DNA of 64,000 nt from a virus (taxonomy: Duplodnaviria > Caudoviricetes). Position numbers and translations under genes: made by a program. The notes below the pieces were generated by a model. It made no database searches and was not told the origin of the DNA. It worked only from the letters and a program-made list of their open reading frames with translations. Shown piece after piece: positions 25,606-35,917 of the stretch. The stretch lies in the IMG/VR virus record IMGVR_UViG_3300042860_004240, positions 1-64,000 of that record. One strand, written 5' to 3'. The first letter of the stretch is position 1; every line of letters begins with the position of its first letter.

Positions 25606-25701
25606 CTCTTAAGCTGTTTTTTTTCTAAACTATTAAAAACAAAACCGTAAATCATACAAAAGTTTTGGTCACTTCTATACTAATTTTAAAGGAATATAAA
25701 C

Positions 25702-26385
25702 ATGTCATACGACGATTATCTTTTGAATAATAATGACGATGATATTTTTAATGATGATTCTAACCAATCAGACAACGAGCATATTGCTAACACGTTCACT
25801 AACCATATGCGGAATGAACACAATATAGATCTCGACGCTAAAGATTTTATCACAGATGTTAAAACAGATAATGTAAGAGCTAAGATAGCTATTTCATTGT
25901 TTGAAGCTACCGGTAACTGGTTAGACACTGCTAAGGTTTCAGCTTTTACTAAAGCTACTCATGTTACTCTAGATAAATTAACTGATGGTCTTTATTCTAA
26001 GACTTTCTATTTTTATCAATTAGAGTCTCAACTTTCTCAAAGACACACAATCATCCAAGTTGTAACAGCTATGTCTGACATCGACAACAATGATTTTAAG
26101 GAACTTAGCAAATTTATAAACGTTGAAATTGATACTATGTACATTCATGTTTTCTTTAAGACAATGCTTAATATTTTATTAAACGTTAATGCTAAAGAAC
26201 GACTCGTTTATGCTGCACTAGGGAAAGAAATCAATTTGCCTGTTAATCCTAATTTAATTAATCCAGCACCAGACATGGATGATGATGGTTACATGGGACA
26301 CGAGGACTTTATGCAGGCTCAAATTAAATCTTATGTTACAAGAGATTATGTTAAAAGCATCATATCAAAAAATATTTCAAACTAA
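25702..26385 (+). CDS. Hypothetical protein
   Basis: RBS AAAGGA; acidic N-terminus. Confidence 0.75.
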   Translation: MSYDDYLLNNNDDDIFNDDSNQSDNEHIANTFTNHMRNEHNIDLDAKDFITDVKTDNVRAKIAISLFEATGNWLDTAKVSAFTKATHVTLDKLTDGLYSKTFYFYQLESQLSQRHTIIQVVTAMSDIDNNDFKELSKFINVEIDTMYIHVFFKTMLNILLNVNAKERLVYAALGKEINLPVNPNLINPAPDMDDDGYMGHEDFMQAQIKSYVTRDYVKSIISKNISN

Positions 26386-26848
26386 AGCTAATGTTTTTAA
26401 TAATTATTTTTTATTAAAGACAGATTCTAGATCACAACTTAATTTAATATACACTATTATCACTGCTGTTGCTGCTGCTCAAGTCAATTATCTTTTCTTT
26501 GGAATAGATATAGTACTTTTAGTTATATTCTCAGTTTTGTCTCATGAGTTTGCCCATTATATATATTCCAAATCTTCTGGAGCAAAAACTTCTTTTCCTT
26601 TATTTATACCACTACCATTCTTTATTATAGGAATGGTAAGATCCCAAAATCTTTCTGATGAATACAGATCTTCTGTTGCTATATCTGGAATGATTGCTGG
26701 TTCTTTTACTTTATTTATAATGTTATTGTTAAATATATATTTTAATTATTTTAATCCATCAACAATAATTTTTATGATTCTTTTTGAGATTCTTATAAAT
26801 TACTTTGGTTCTGATGGCAAAAAATATAGACTGTTTAAGAAAGGTTAA
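26279..26848 (+). CDS. Membrane metallopeptidase-like protein (M50/site-2 type)
   Basis: HEFAH in a TM segment, FIPLPF, VAISG; true start probably near 26390. Confidence 0.55.
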   Translation: MMMVTWDTRTLCRLKLNLMLQEIMLKASYQKIFQTKANVFNNYFLLKTDSRSQLNLIYTIITAVAAAQVNYLFFGIDIVLLVIFSVLSHEFAHYIYSKSSGAKTSFPLFIPLPFFIIGMVRSQNLSDEYRSSVAISGMIAGSFTLFIMLLLNIYFNYFNPSTIIFMILFEILINYFGSDGKKYRLFKKG

Positions 26849-27003
26849 CGTAATGCCTTTAATAATATTTTTGTCTGTTTTAGGAATATTCTCTAAAATT
26901 CAATCTTCTAAGTTAAGCAAAATAAACCAAAGCTATGATGAACAAAATAATGTTGATTATATATTTGCTTCTATTGTTAATCAATTAAATTTAGGGGATA
27001 ACA

Positions 27004-27225
27004 TTGAAGAAACAAAATAACGACATAAAACAAAAAATTGAACTCTTTATTTCTGAAACACATTTTGATATACATGGCATCTCTGCCACTCCATCATTTG
27101 ATCAATCTTATGTTGTAAAGCTAATCACAAGAATAACAGTTAGCGCAACAACTGCTTTTTGGTCTTTTTTAGAACTAAAAGATTATTTAAACCAATTGAA
27201 AAAAACAAAATCTAGGAGAAATTAA
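27004..27225 (+). CDS. Hypothetical protein
   Basis: TTG start after AGGGGA. Confidence 0.5.
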   Translation: MKKQNNDIKQKIELFISETHFDIHGISATPSFDQSYVVKLITRITVSATTAFWSFLELKDYLNQLKKTKSRRN

Positions 27226-27227
27226 TA

Positions 27228-27596
27228 ATGGCTGACGAATATGATAAAGACATGACGTCTTTTACTTTCTCTTTGAAACTTGCTTTAGAAGCTAAGAAAG
27301 ATATTTCTGAAAAAGTTGATATGTTATCAGAAAGAATTGATCGGATTGTCGAGCACTTTACAATAGAAGACATTCCTATTATCAAACCAATTCTGAACAT
27401 TACTCATTCCCGTAAAGAGTTGAAGAAACTTGCTAAAGCACTAGATAGAGTTGCCGATATTATCGAGCACCACGATGCTTTAACACAAAAGCTTAAAGTT
27501 ATAGAACTTGCTGAGAAAGAACCAAATTGGTTCGCTGCTGCTTTTGGAGATTTTCAAGGCGATATTGATTCTACAATATCAAACTTATTGTCATAG
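27228..27596 (+). CDS. Hypothetical coiled-coil protein
   Basis: Leader TAGGAGAAATTAATAATG identical to that of the next gene. Confidence 0.75.
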   Translation: MADEYDKDMTSFTFSLKLALEAKKDISEKVDMLSERIDRIVEHFTIEDIPIIKPILNITHSRKELKKLAKALDRVADIIEHHDALTQKLKVIELAEKEPNWFAAAFGDFQGDIDSTISNLLS

Positions 27597-27608
27597 GAGA
27601 AATTAATA

Positions 27609-29453
27609 ATGATAGAATATTCCTTAATCCAAGATCAAGATAAATATGTTGCAGTTCGCAGCACTGTAAAATCTATGAATCTTGACCATGTTACTGATAA
27701 AGATCTTTCATCTTTTTTCACTAATTTTTCAAAATATGCTCACTTTGATACTGGCTTGTTGCCTCTTGACGGAACTGGCCTTTTGGCTTACCGGCAAGCG
27801 GGTAACCACGCACAAATTGTAGTTCAAACAGCTCCTGCCGTTTCTAGAATCTTATGGGGTGAATCAGAAGGTGGCAGAGTCCAAACATACTTTTTGGCTC
27901 AACCTTACAAGATATATATTGGAGATATACTAGACGGTAACTTTTATGGTGCTAGAATATTTTATTCTTACAATCCTATAACATCTCCTTCTCAAGAACT
28001 TTATCATACTAATCTTCCAAACATGAACTGTAGAGGCTACAGGGGCAACGCAGTTGGCTGGGTGTGCTTGTATCATACTTCTGATTGGAGCAATATTCCT
28101 CTTGGAGAAAAAGTTGCAAGATTAATTGAAAGATGTTCTGGTGATGAAGCTTACAATGATCGCAATATGAGCGAAACAGATGGACCTCGCTTTTATGCTA
28201 TGAATAAAAAGCCTAGCTATTTGTCTAACCCAGTTGAATGGGAACAGAAAACTACTGAAGAAGGATTTTTGTGGACTTTGAATGAAGGAACTTGGATACC
28301 AGTTCTAGTTCAAGATCAAGATCATCAAGATAAACATTACGAAGATGGCATTCCTTTAACTTTGGGAATGGCTTTGACTGGTGACTATCAAGCTTATTAC
28401 ACAGATAACATTAAAACTAAGCCAGTAAACAAAATAGCTCGAAAAGATAAAACATTTGATGAAGATTATGTTTTTACTTTAGTTAAAAAGTCTTATGAAC
28501 TTTCTAGATTAAAAGAACCAAAACCTGATAATCTAGATCCATATACTTATGTCCAAAAAGTTCGTGATACTCATGCTCTTTCATCTAATCCTAATGGTAA
28601 CGGTAACAGCGATAACGAAGAACACGATGAAGATGAGCAATTCTTATGCATCCATTGTGAAGAGTATTTTAGTTACAACGATGATAACCACACCGTTGTT
28701 GATGATGGCGTTCTTTGCCAAGATTGTTATAATGAAGAATATGTTTACTGCGAAAATGTTGGTAAAGATATTTCTATGCAAACAGGGAATGCTGTATATC
28801 TAGAAGAAATAGATATGTGGGTTGATGGTAATGGTCCTAACATAATTCATTGCACAGGATGTGGTCAAGTTCATTACAGCAAAAACGCTACTAATACCTT
28901 TATGGTATTTTTGAATTCTGAAACCCAAGAGTATGATTCTTGTACACAATGCTATGAATATTCTGCACAGCTTATTCAAGCAGATTGTGCAGTTTGCACT
29001 AAACCACTTCCAATGGGAAGCCAATATAGCTCTTATGTAAACTCTATATCTTTTATTGATCAAGACACTTCTCAAGTCAAAACAGCTCACATGCACAACG
29101 ATTGCTCTGTTAAAGCAGCTTCAATTGTTTGTCCTTGTGGAAAATTAAGACATGGTGAACCTTTTGGTTATGAACAAATTGTTTCTCCTGAATCCATTAA
29201 AGATATAGATTCATTTACAATGATAACTCTTAAAGATCCTTTTGATCCTTTAGCTTTAATTGCAAATTATAATAATGTCGAAAAGACTCTCAATACTGTT
29301 CCATCCTGTCAAAACGTTTGCGCTTCGTGCGTATGCTTTGATCAAGAATCTATGTCTTACAATTATGATCCTAGTAAGTTTGATTTTCAACATTATGAAT
29401 CTCTTACTAGTTTAATTTCAAAAGCCCTTAATCAAGAACAAACACAATTATAA
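27609..29453 (+). CDS. Prokaryotic E2-like protein (Prok-E2 family D/PRTRC-B-like) with C-terminal Cys-rich zinc ribbons
   Basis: LAQPYKIY...IFY...LYHTNLPN...GWVC; many CxxC motifs in C-terminal half; adjacent to JAB/E1/Ubl. Confidence 0.7.
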   Translation: MIEYSLIQDQDKYVAVRSTVKSMNLDHVTDKDLSSFFTNFSKYAHFDTGLLPLDGTGLLAYRQAGNHAQIVVQTAPAVSRILWGESEGGRVQTYFLAQPYKIYIGDILDGNFYGARIFYSYNPITSPSQELYHTNLPNMNCRGYRGNAVGWVCLYHTSDWSNIPLGEKVARLIERCSGDEAYNDRNMSETDGPRFYAMNKKPSYLSNPVEWEQKTTEEGFLWTLNEGTWIPVLVQDQDHQDKHYEDGIPLTLGMALTGDYQAYYTDNIKTKPVNKIARKDKTFDEDYVFTLVKKSYELSRLKEPKPDNLDPYTYVQKVRDTHALSSNPNGNGNSDNEEHDEDEQFLCIHCEEYFSYNDDNHTVVDDGVLCQDCYNEEYVYCENVGKDISMQTGNAVYLEEIDMWVDGNGPNIIHCTGCGQVHYSKNATNTFMVFLNSETQEYDSCTQCYEYSAQLIQADCAVCTKPLPMGSQYSSYVNSISFIDQDTSQVKTAHMHNDCSVKAASIVCPCGKLRHGEPFGYEQIVSPESIKDIDSFTMITLKDPFDPLALIANYNNVEKTLNTVPSCQNVCASCVCFDQESMSYNYDPSKFDFQHYESLTSLISKALNQEQTQL

Positions 29454-29464
29454 AGAAGGATATT

Positions 29465-31156
29465 ATGTCCAAAAAAAATGAAATAACAGAAGAAAAAGTA
29501 TATACTTTAGAAGATTTAGATTATTTCTGGCTTCCAAATGGTTCTCCTTGTTTCCTTGGGAACAAAGAAAACATTTGTGATATTATAGAAAATTTAGGTA
29601 TTAATATTTATTATTTAATATCTGATAAATCTACTTTTAAAGAATATACTCAAACTAAGCCAGCTACTTGGACCAATGGTACTCAAGTCCCTGCTACAAC
29701 AACTAAATACACTGAAGAATCTCGTGAAGCAGTTATATTTAAAGTTGTTAAAAATATGATCGGAAGAACTATTTCAGTTTCTAAAGATTCATTAGATGGG
29801 ACTTATGTTGGCTTAGAGCCGCAAGCTATATATTCTCTTCCTCCAATTCCTATGAGTATCGTCAACAAACTTGATGAATTCTTTAGATTAGTAGAAGCTC
29901 AGCTCGGCACTGAATCAATTGTCCTTTTGACTTTTGATTCTGCTAATCCAGATTCATCTGATTCTTGGGGTATTTTAGTTCCAGAACAAGAGAATACTTC
30001 AGTTCACTGCAAGTATGACCCAGATTCTATTGTAGCTATAAAGCCATATCATCTTTCTATTGTTGGATCAGTTCATTCTCATCCTGGAATGGCAGCTTAT
30101 GCTTCTGGTACAGACCATGAAGATCAAGCAGACTTTGATGGTATCCATATTACTTATGGATGGCAAAAGAATGTTAATAATGGTGCTACTCAATATTACG
30201 CAGAAATGCAAATGGCAGGAACTGCTTTTGTTCTAGACATTGAAGATGTTTTTGATCTAGATCGAACAGTAAAAGATCCTGATCCTGAAGTAATAGAATG
30301 GGCTCAAAATGTCTCAAAAAAAGCACTGCCCCCGTATTCGGCTACGGGGGTTACCAAGGGACAGCAGTACCAGCCTCTAACTCAGCCAACTATAGCAAGT
30401 TCTCCAACTATGGCGACGACTACAGCTGGTGGGGTAACTAGAAAGATCACAGATCTTGATATCCCCAAAGATGCTGTTCTTGTTGTAGAAGTAGATGATA
30501 AATCTATAGATCCTAAATGTCCACTTTGTGATTGGGAAGTATCAAATGTTGATCTTTCTAATTGCGTTTGCGGGGGATGCAACAATTATATAGCTACTCC
30601 TGGTGACACAGTACAAGAAATTATCGAACTAGTTACCTACGCTTATGAAATAAACAATGAAACTACTTACAAAACCTATGGTGCACGTCCTGCATTTACC
30701 GATATTTATTACATGTGCAAAGATGTTAACATGGAGTTTATGTTTCTTCATATTTATGGAGAAAAAGTTACAGAAGAAAGTATTGCAAAACAAATTACAG
30801 CAAGCGCTTTAAATGATGATTATGATAACCCTTGGAACGCTTATGCTGAATATACTCTTTGTTGCAATACTCATATAGATTCAATAGCTGAAAGTTGCCC
30901 TTGCAATCCGACAGTTACTGTTGACGACATGTATGATTTTGAACTTAAGTTTCCTCAATTATTTGTGTATGACGACAGCTCTAACTGTAGTGCTTGTCAA
31001 AATTATTTACAACCTACATGTACTCCATATAGGAATTTAATAATTGATTGGGCTAAAACTGGAGAAGATCCATCTAGTCCTTTTATTGAAACATGCAAAG
31101 ACTTCGTTGCGTATGATTCTCTTTATGCGTACGATAACGATAGATATCTAGATTAA
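29465..31156 (+). CDS. JAB/MPN metallopeptidase with Cys-rich C-terminus
   Basis: TESIV..VPEQ..GSVHSHPGMAAYASGTDHED (E-HxH-S-D). Confidence 0.9.
   Translation: MSKKNEITEEKVYTLEDLDYFWLPNGSPCFLGNKENICDIIENLGINIYYLISDKSTFKEYTQTKPATWTNGTQVPATTTKYTEESREAVIFKVVKNMIGRTISVSKDSLDGTYVGLEPQAIYSLPPIPMSIVNKLDEFFRLVEAQLGTESIVLLTFDSANPDSSDSWGILVPEQENTSVHCKYDPDSIVAIKPYHLSIVGSVHSHPGMAAYASGTDHEDQADFDGIHITYGWQKNVNNGATQYYAEMQMAGTAFVLDIEDVFDLDRTVKDPDPEVIEWAQNVSKKALPPYSATGVTKGQQYQPLTQPTIASSPTMATTTAGGVTRKITDLDIPKDAVLVVEVDDKSIDPKCPLCDWEVSNVDLSNCVCGGCNNYIATPGDTVQEIIELVTYAYEINNETTYKTYGARPAFTDIYYMCKDVNMEFMFLHIYGEKVTEESIAKQITASALNDDYDNPWNAYAEYTLCCNTHIDSIAESCPCNPTVTVDDMYDFELKFPQLFVYDDSSNCSACQNYLQPTCTPYRNLIIDWAKTGEDPSSPFIETCKDFVAYDSLYAYDNDRYLD
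30316..30351 (+). other. Putative -1 programmed ribosomal frameshift signal
   Basis: In-frame A_AAA_AAA, 6-nt spacer, CCCCCGTA-TTCGGC-TACGGGGG hairpin. Confidence 0.65.
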
Positions 31157-31175
31157 ATTAAAAGATTGGAAAAAA

Positions 31176-31943
31176 ATGTCAGATCAAAATGAAACAAAAC
31201 AACATCGGTTTATACTCATCGGTGCTGGTGGAATTGGTACTTGGTTAGCTGCTGGTTTAGTGCGGCTACTAGAGTGGAAGTTCCCCGGCTCTGCATTGAT
31301 TATAGTCGATGGTGACACCTATGAAGAAAAGAACAAAGAACGTCAAGACTTTACAAAAATTGGCAATAAAGCCAGTGTTAAAGCATATGAGCTTTCTGTT
31401 CAATTTAACAACACCACTATTATCCCTGTACCAAAGTGGATAGTAGGCGAAAACTATGAAGGCGTTGCAGATAGCGATTCTCCTAAAATTAAAGCTTCAG
31501 ATTTAATTGCTGAAGGAGACGTTGTTTTTGCTGTAGTAGATAACTTTGCTGCTAGGAAAATTATTTTTGACGCAGCAACTTCTATAGCAAACATAGACAT
31601 TTTTACTGGCGGAAACGATGATGATTTGTTTGGCAGCATTTATCATTATCAGCGTAGGAATGGAGAAGACGTTACTGAACATCCAGTTAACTTCCATCCT
31701 GAATACGAAAATCCACCAGATAAAAACCCAGGAGAATTATCCTGTCAAGAAAGATCAGAGATAGAAGGAGGAACGCAATTGCTTGCAACAAACATGGCAG
31801 TTGCTTCGTTCTTGCTCGGTCGTGTACAGAAAACGATAGTTAATTCAGAAAGCCCTACAGAAGCAGAGATATACTTTGACTTAGGTGTAGGTAAAGCTGA
31901 ACCATATGATCGTTCACCTGTAAAAGTTAATGCCAATATATAA
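31176..31943 (+). CDS. ThiF/E1-like ubiquitin-activating enzyme
   Basis: LIGAGGIG, VDGD..E.KN..RQ.F, NKA, VDN..AR, ELSC (candidate thioester Cys). Confidence 0.92.
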   Translation: MSDQNETKQHRFILIGAGGIGTWLAAGLVRLLEWKFPGSALIIVDGDTYEEKNKERQDFTKIGNKASVKAYELSVQFNNTTIIPVPKWIVGENYEGVADSDSPKIKASDLIAEGDVVFAVVDNFAARKIIFDAATSIANIDIFTGGNDDDLFGSIYHYQRRNGEDVTEHPVNFHPEYENPPDKNPGELSCQERSEIEGGTQLLATNMAVASFLLGRVQKTIVNSESPTEAEIYFDLGVGKAEPYDRSPVKVNANI

Positions 31944-31967
31944 ATAATCCCAACAAGGAGAATAACA

Positions 31968-32222
31968 ATGCAAATTAATAGCAACAACAATGAAAACGCA
32001 TCAGGGGGTGTAGCAAACGTCCGTTTTGGCGTTTACTCACAAGCTAGCCCTGTTGCTGGAAAGAGCATCAAAGAAATTCGTGAACAGTTTTCTAAACTGT
32101 GGGGAATTCCTTCTGACGCTACAGCTTACAAGGGTAAGGACAAGATGGACGAAGACTACGTTGTCCAGCAGAATGACAACCTTGAGTTCCACCGCCGTGC
32201 TGGTGAAAAAGGTAGTCTCTAA
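31968..32222 (+). CDS. Ubiquitin-like beta-grasp protein
   Basis: 84 aa, GKSI.EIR...DYVV..ND.LEF.RRAGEKG-SL; directly after E1. Confidence 0.8.
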   Translation: MQINSNNNENASGGVANVRFGVYSQASPVAGKSIKEIREQFSKLWGIPSDATAYKGKDKMDEDYVVQQNDNLEFHRRAGEKGSL

Positions 32223-32305
32223 ATTTAAAAGATCGTGGGGGGATTTTAAAGATAACAATGCTTTATTAAATCCTCTGGATGTCCCCCCACTTATACCCTT
32301 TATGA

Positions 32306-33934
32306 ATGGAATATATGATACTCGAACAAATTAAATTAGGAACTCCACTATTGTGGATTAAAACAGAAGATATTGACAGGATTAATGACTTTGTAATTAA
32401 TTCTAAAATTAGAGATTTTTATAGCATTATTCCAAATTTAGGTTTTTCCAAATTAGTAGATAAAACCTGGAAACCAGTATTAGTAGATTTTCCTAATCCA
32501 GACGATGGAAGCATTACTCAAGACACAACATACGATTTTGTTGTTGCTTACCAGCACTTGAAGAAGACCAACGAAAGTATGTCTTCAATTGCTTTTATTC
32601 ATAGCTTTTATACTGATCCAAAAAGCTTTCTTGAAGCATACGGCCCAGTTATGTCTTCATTCAACCACTTTTATAGGAACTCTTTCTTTGCAGATGATGT
32701 AACCCTTCTGCCAATGCAAAATATATTTATTTCAAGTTTTGATTGCCCGGAAGAGTATGCTTCTATTTTTAGTATCAATAATTCTGAGCCTTTATCTATA
32801 GGAGAAATGCTTGAAATTTTGAACCACTTTGCTACCATAAGCGACAATTTGTTTGTAGAAGATGGTACCGCACAAGATATTGCTCGCAGTGCATTAGGTT
32901 TATCTGAGTCTGTTTTTATTAATCTTTGTTTACTTTCTATTATTAAAAACAAAGTAATATCTTCTAAGTATATTTATGACACTAAAATGTCTAAAATAAA
33001 ACAGAGTGGAATTTTAGAAATCATTAAACCTAAAATGACATTTGATAATATCGGTGGATTAGATAATGCTAAAGATATTATCAAGAAGAATGTATGGTTG
33101 TGGAATAACCCAGAAGAAGCTAAGAAATTTGGTGTTCAGCCTATTAGAAGAATACTAATGGTTGGAGTTCCAGGTACTGGCAAGTCTGCTATTTGTGAAG
33201 CTACTGCTCATGAATTAGGTCTTGATTTGGCTAGAACTGGAGTCAGCCAAGTTATGAATTCTTTTGTTGGTCAATCAGAAGCCAACATGAGAGCTGTCTT
33301 TAACCAGATTAAAGTTATGGCTCCTTTGTGTGTTTGGATCGATGAGTTTGGTCGTGATATGTCAGGCGGTCAAAGTTCTTCCCATGTAGATGGTGGTACT
33401 ACCGACAGAGTTCACGGTGAATTTCTAACTGGTCTTCAAGAACTTCCTGAAAATGTTTTTCTTATTTGTGCAGCAAACCAGATTGAAAATCTAAAACCAG
33501 AAATGCTTAGAGCAGAACGTTTTGACAAGATTATATTTGTTGGTTTACCTTCACAATCAGAGCGTAAAGAAATAATTAAAATACATCTTTCTAATATTCA
33601 AACTGATCACAATTGGGATCTTGACGCTCTTGCTGAATCTACTACTGGATTTACCGGTGCAGAAATAAAGTCTTTAATTAAAGAAACTAACTTCTATGTT
33701 GTTTCTTCTGAATTGCGAACTTTAAATACTAATGATATACTTATAAAAGCACCAAAGATGCGTAATATACTTTGGAATAAGAATAGAGATTCTATTATAG
33801 GATTGTACAAGTCCGCTATTGAACAATGGGACTTTGCTTCATCTTCTCAACTAGAAGATGCCTCTAAAGTTATTTCTGGTAATTACACTTCTAGAGGTAC
33901 AGCTAAACCTACGCCTCAAAAATCTAGTTGGTAA
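32306..33934 (+). CDS. AAA+ ATPase (Ycf46/CDC48-like)
   Basis: FDNIGGL, GVPGTGKS, WIDE, AAN..L.PEMLR..RFD, GFTGAEI. Confidence 0.92.
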   Translation: MEYMILEQIKLGTPLLWIKTEDIDRINDFVINSKIRDFYSIIPNLGFSKLVDKTWKPVLVDFPNPDDGSITQDTTYDFVVAYQHLKKTNESMSSIAFIHSFYTDPKSFLEAYGPVMSSFNHFYRNSFFADDVTLLPMQNIFISSFDCPEEYASIFSINNSEPLSIGEMLEILNHFATISDNLFVEDGTAQDIARSALGLSESVFINLCLLSIIKNKVISSKYIYDTKMSKIKQSGILEIIKPKMTFDNIGGLDNAKDIIKKNVWLWNNPEEAKKFGVQPIRRILMVGVPGTGKSAICEATAHELGLDLARTGVSQVMNSFVGQSEANMRAVFNQIKVMAPLCVWIDEFGRDMSGGQSSSHVDGGTTDRVHGEFLTGLQELPENVFLICAANQIENLKPEMLRAERFDKIIFVGLPSQSERKEIIKIHLSNIQTDHNWDLDALAESTTGFTGAEIKSLIKETNFYVVSSELRTLNTNDILIKAPKMRNILWNKNRDSIIGLYKSAIEQWDFASSSQLEDASKVISGNYTSRGTAKPTPQKSSW

Positions 33935-33946
33935 CAGGAGAAACAA

Positions 33947-34573
33947 ATGTCTAATTTTGATGTAAAAGAATTTTTAAATGGAATTGATCAAGAAGGTTCA
34001 GATGAACTTAATCCAATTCCACCAAAGCAGTTTACCACTGAACTCTACAAAAAATGGTTTCGTTCAAAAACGAGCAGTGGCTTCTTAGCTATTAAGCCTT
34101 GGTTTGAAGGAATGAAATTTAAAATTGATATTGGTAAAACTGCTCCAGAAGGCAAGTTAATTAGTTCTACTAATGTTTATCTTGACGCTTTTGATTTTGC
34201 AGCTTATCTAAAGTCAATAGCAAACGGAACTGCAATTACCAATTATCCAGCCAATGAAAGAACTGGTATTCCTTCTCCTGAAGGATTCTCTTCTTACGGT
34301 GGTTCTGAGATTAATGGTAAGCCTGTTAGTAGAATCTTTAAGTCCCACTATTGGCAAAATGGTGATTCTTTTGATCCTAACGCTTTTGCTTGGAAGTGTG
34401 GCCATTTTGCAGCACGCAAGTCTGAAAGTGGAGCTTTCATACCAGATTTAAAATCACCTATATCTGTTGATTTTATTAAAGTTACAAGACAAGATATATG
34501 TTCTATATCATATCTTTTAGATTTATCTTTAGCAGCTTACGTAGCAAACAACTCAGATTGGTATGAACAATGA
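33947..34573 (+). CDS. Hypothetical protein
   Basis: RBS AGGAGA. Confidence 0.8.
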   Translation: MSNFDVKEFLNGIDQEGSDELNPIPPKQFTTELYKKWFRSKTSSGFLAIKPWFEGMKFKIDIGKTAPEGKLISSTNVYLDAFDFAAYLKSIANGTAITNYPANERTGIPSPEGFSSYGGSEINGKPVSRIFKSHYWQNGDSFDPNAFAWKCGHFAARKSESGAFIPDLKSPISVDFIKVTRQDICSISYLLDLSLAAYVANNSDWYEQ

Positions 34574-34989
34574 CCGAATACGAAGAACTAGGCGATGCCT
34601 ACTCTCTTGACGAAGACTTGCTTAACAAGCACATTCAAGACATTGATTACAAAGACCAAGTAGAACAGGTTTTGATGACTTTGGCTTCTACTTTAGAAGG
34701 TAGATTGCAAGAGTTTGAAAAGTACTTGGAAAATTTTGAAAAACAAATTGCTACTCTTGTAATTGGTTTTGGCGAACAAGCTGTTTTTATGGATGCATTG
34801 ATAGCGCAAATGGCTTTTTCTTCTGAAGAATCTAAGAAGGCATTTCACGATACTATAAACAAGTCTCGCAAACAAATGCTAGAGATAATGAAAGAAGGAG
34901 CTAATGACCTCTTGGGCTCAAGTGATCCAGGAATTTCGTCAGCCATTGAGAGCTTGGCTAGCGAACAGCTATCTAACTTTACCGAATAA
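34570..34989 (+). CDS. Hypothetical coiled-coil protein
   Basis: ATGA overlap. Confidence 0.75.
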   Translation: MTEYEELGDAYSLDEDLLNKHIQDIDYKDQVEQVLMTLASTLEGRLQEFEKYLENFEKQIATLVIGFGEQAVFMDALIAQMAFSSEESKKAFHDTINKSRKQMLEIMKEGANDLLGSSDPGISSAIESLASEQLSNFTE

Positions 34990-35200
34990 TGGTATATCGA
35001 TATTGTTTTTAAATGACAACAGTCATAAAATGATATCTAATAATTTGTATTATATTAATCAAATATACCCTTTAGTCCAAAAAGTTAGTCCAGATATATT
35101 TTCTTTGTTTTTTATTTCTGATGATTCTTTAATAAACCATTTAAAAAATGATGCTATTTCTTTTAGCCATTTTGAAAAACAATCTTTAAGTTAGGAACAC

Positions 35201-35890
35201 ATGTCTTCTCAAGTTATATTACCTTTAAGTAAATTTAATAAAAAACATATTGACACAATAGTAAATCATAATCAACTTGTAAAGATTAATCAATCTACTT
35301 TTGATTCTTTAAAGTTAAATGATTTTGATTCTCTTAAGTCAATATATTTATCGCCAAATATACAACAAAATAATATTACTGTAGGTTATTATTTCAGCGA
35401 TGAACTACGTCAATATTTTCAACAAGTTATCACTGATAATACAACTACTAAAAATAACTTACCAGTTTTATCAACAGATTTAACTAGAACTTACATTTAT
35501 CCTTTTTCTGCTGATGAATATAAAGCTCAACATCTTGCTGGATATTCTCCATATGAACAAGATTTTTTATTTAATATCTTTTTGAATAAAGATGATCTTC
35601 CTATATTTAATAGGATAATAGACTGTAATTCTTATCTGATAATCATGGCTATTCCTTTAACTGTTGAAGAACATAAAATATTTTCCTATCAGTGGAAATC
35701 TGTTTATTCTATTAATGCAATACTCCCTAATCTTGCGACTATTGAAAAAGTTTATAAGTCTTATATAAAAGAATTAGATTATTATTATGGACAAAATGAA
35801 CAACTTTTAGAAGAAAACAACAATTTGAAACAACAACTTAACTTTTTAACTGAAGAGCTTATTAAGAGCAATAAAGTTACTTGGAATTAA
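35201..35890 (+). CDS. Hypothetical protein, C-terminal coiled coil
   Basis: RBS AGGA. Confidence 0.7.
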   Translation: MSSQVILPLSKFNKKHIDTIVNHNQLVKINQSTFDSLKLNDFDSLKSIYLSPNIQQNNITVGYYFSDELRQYFQQVITDNTTTKNNLPVLSTDLTRTYIYPFSADEYKAQHLAGYSPYEQDFLFNIFLNKDDLPIFNRIIDCNSYLIIMAIPLTVEEHKIFSYQWKSVYSINAILPNLATIEKVYKSYIKELDYYYGQNEQLLEENNNLKQQLNFLTEELIKSNKVTWN

Positions 35891-35917
35891 AAATTACAAC
35901 TATTTAAGGACTATTAT

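Noticed and set aside
31176-32222. ThiF/ThiS or MoeB/MoaD sulfur-relay interpretation
   Set aside because: No thiamine, molybdopterin, rhodanese or cysteine synthase genes nearby, while E2-like and JAB genes are adjacent; not formally excluded.
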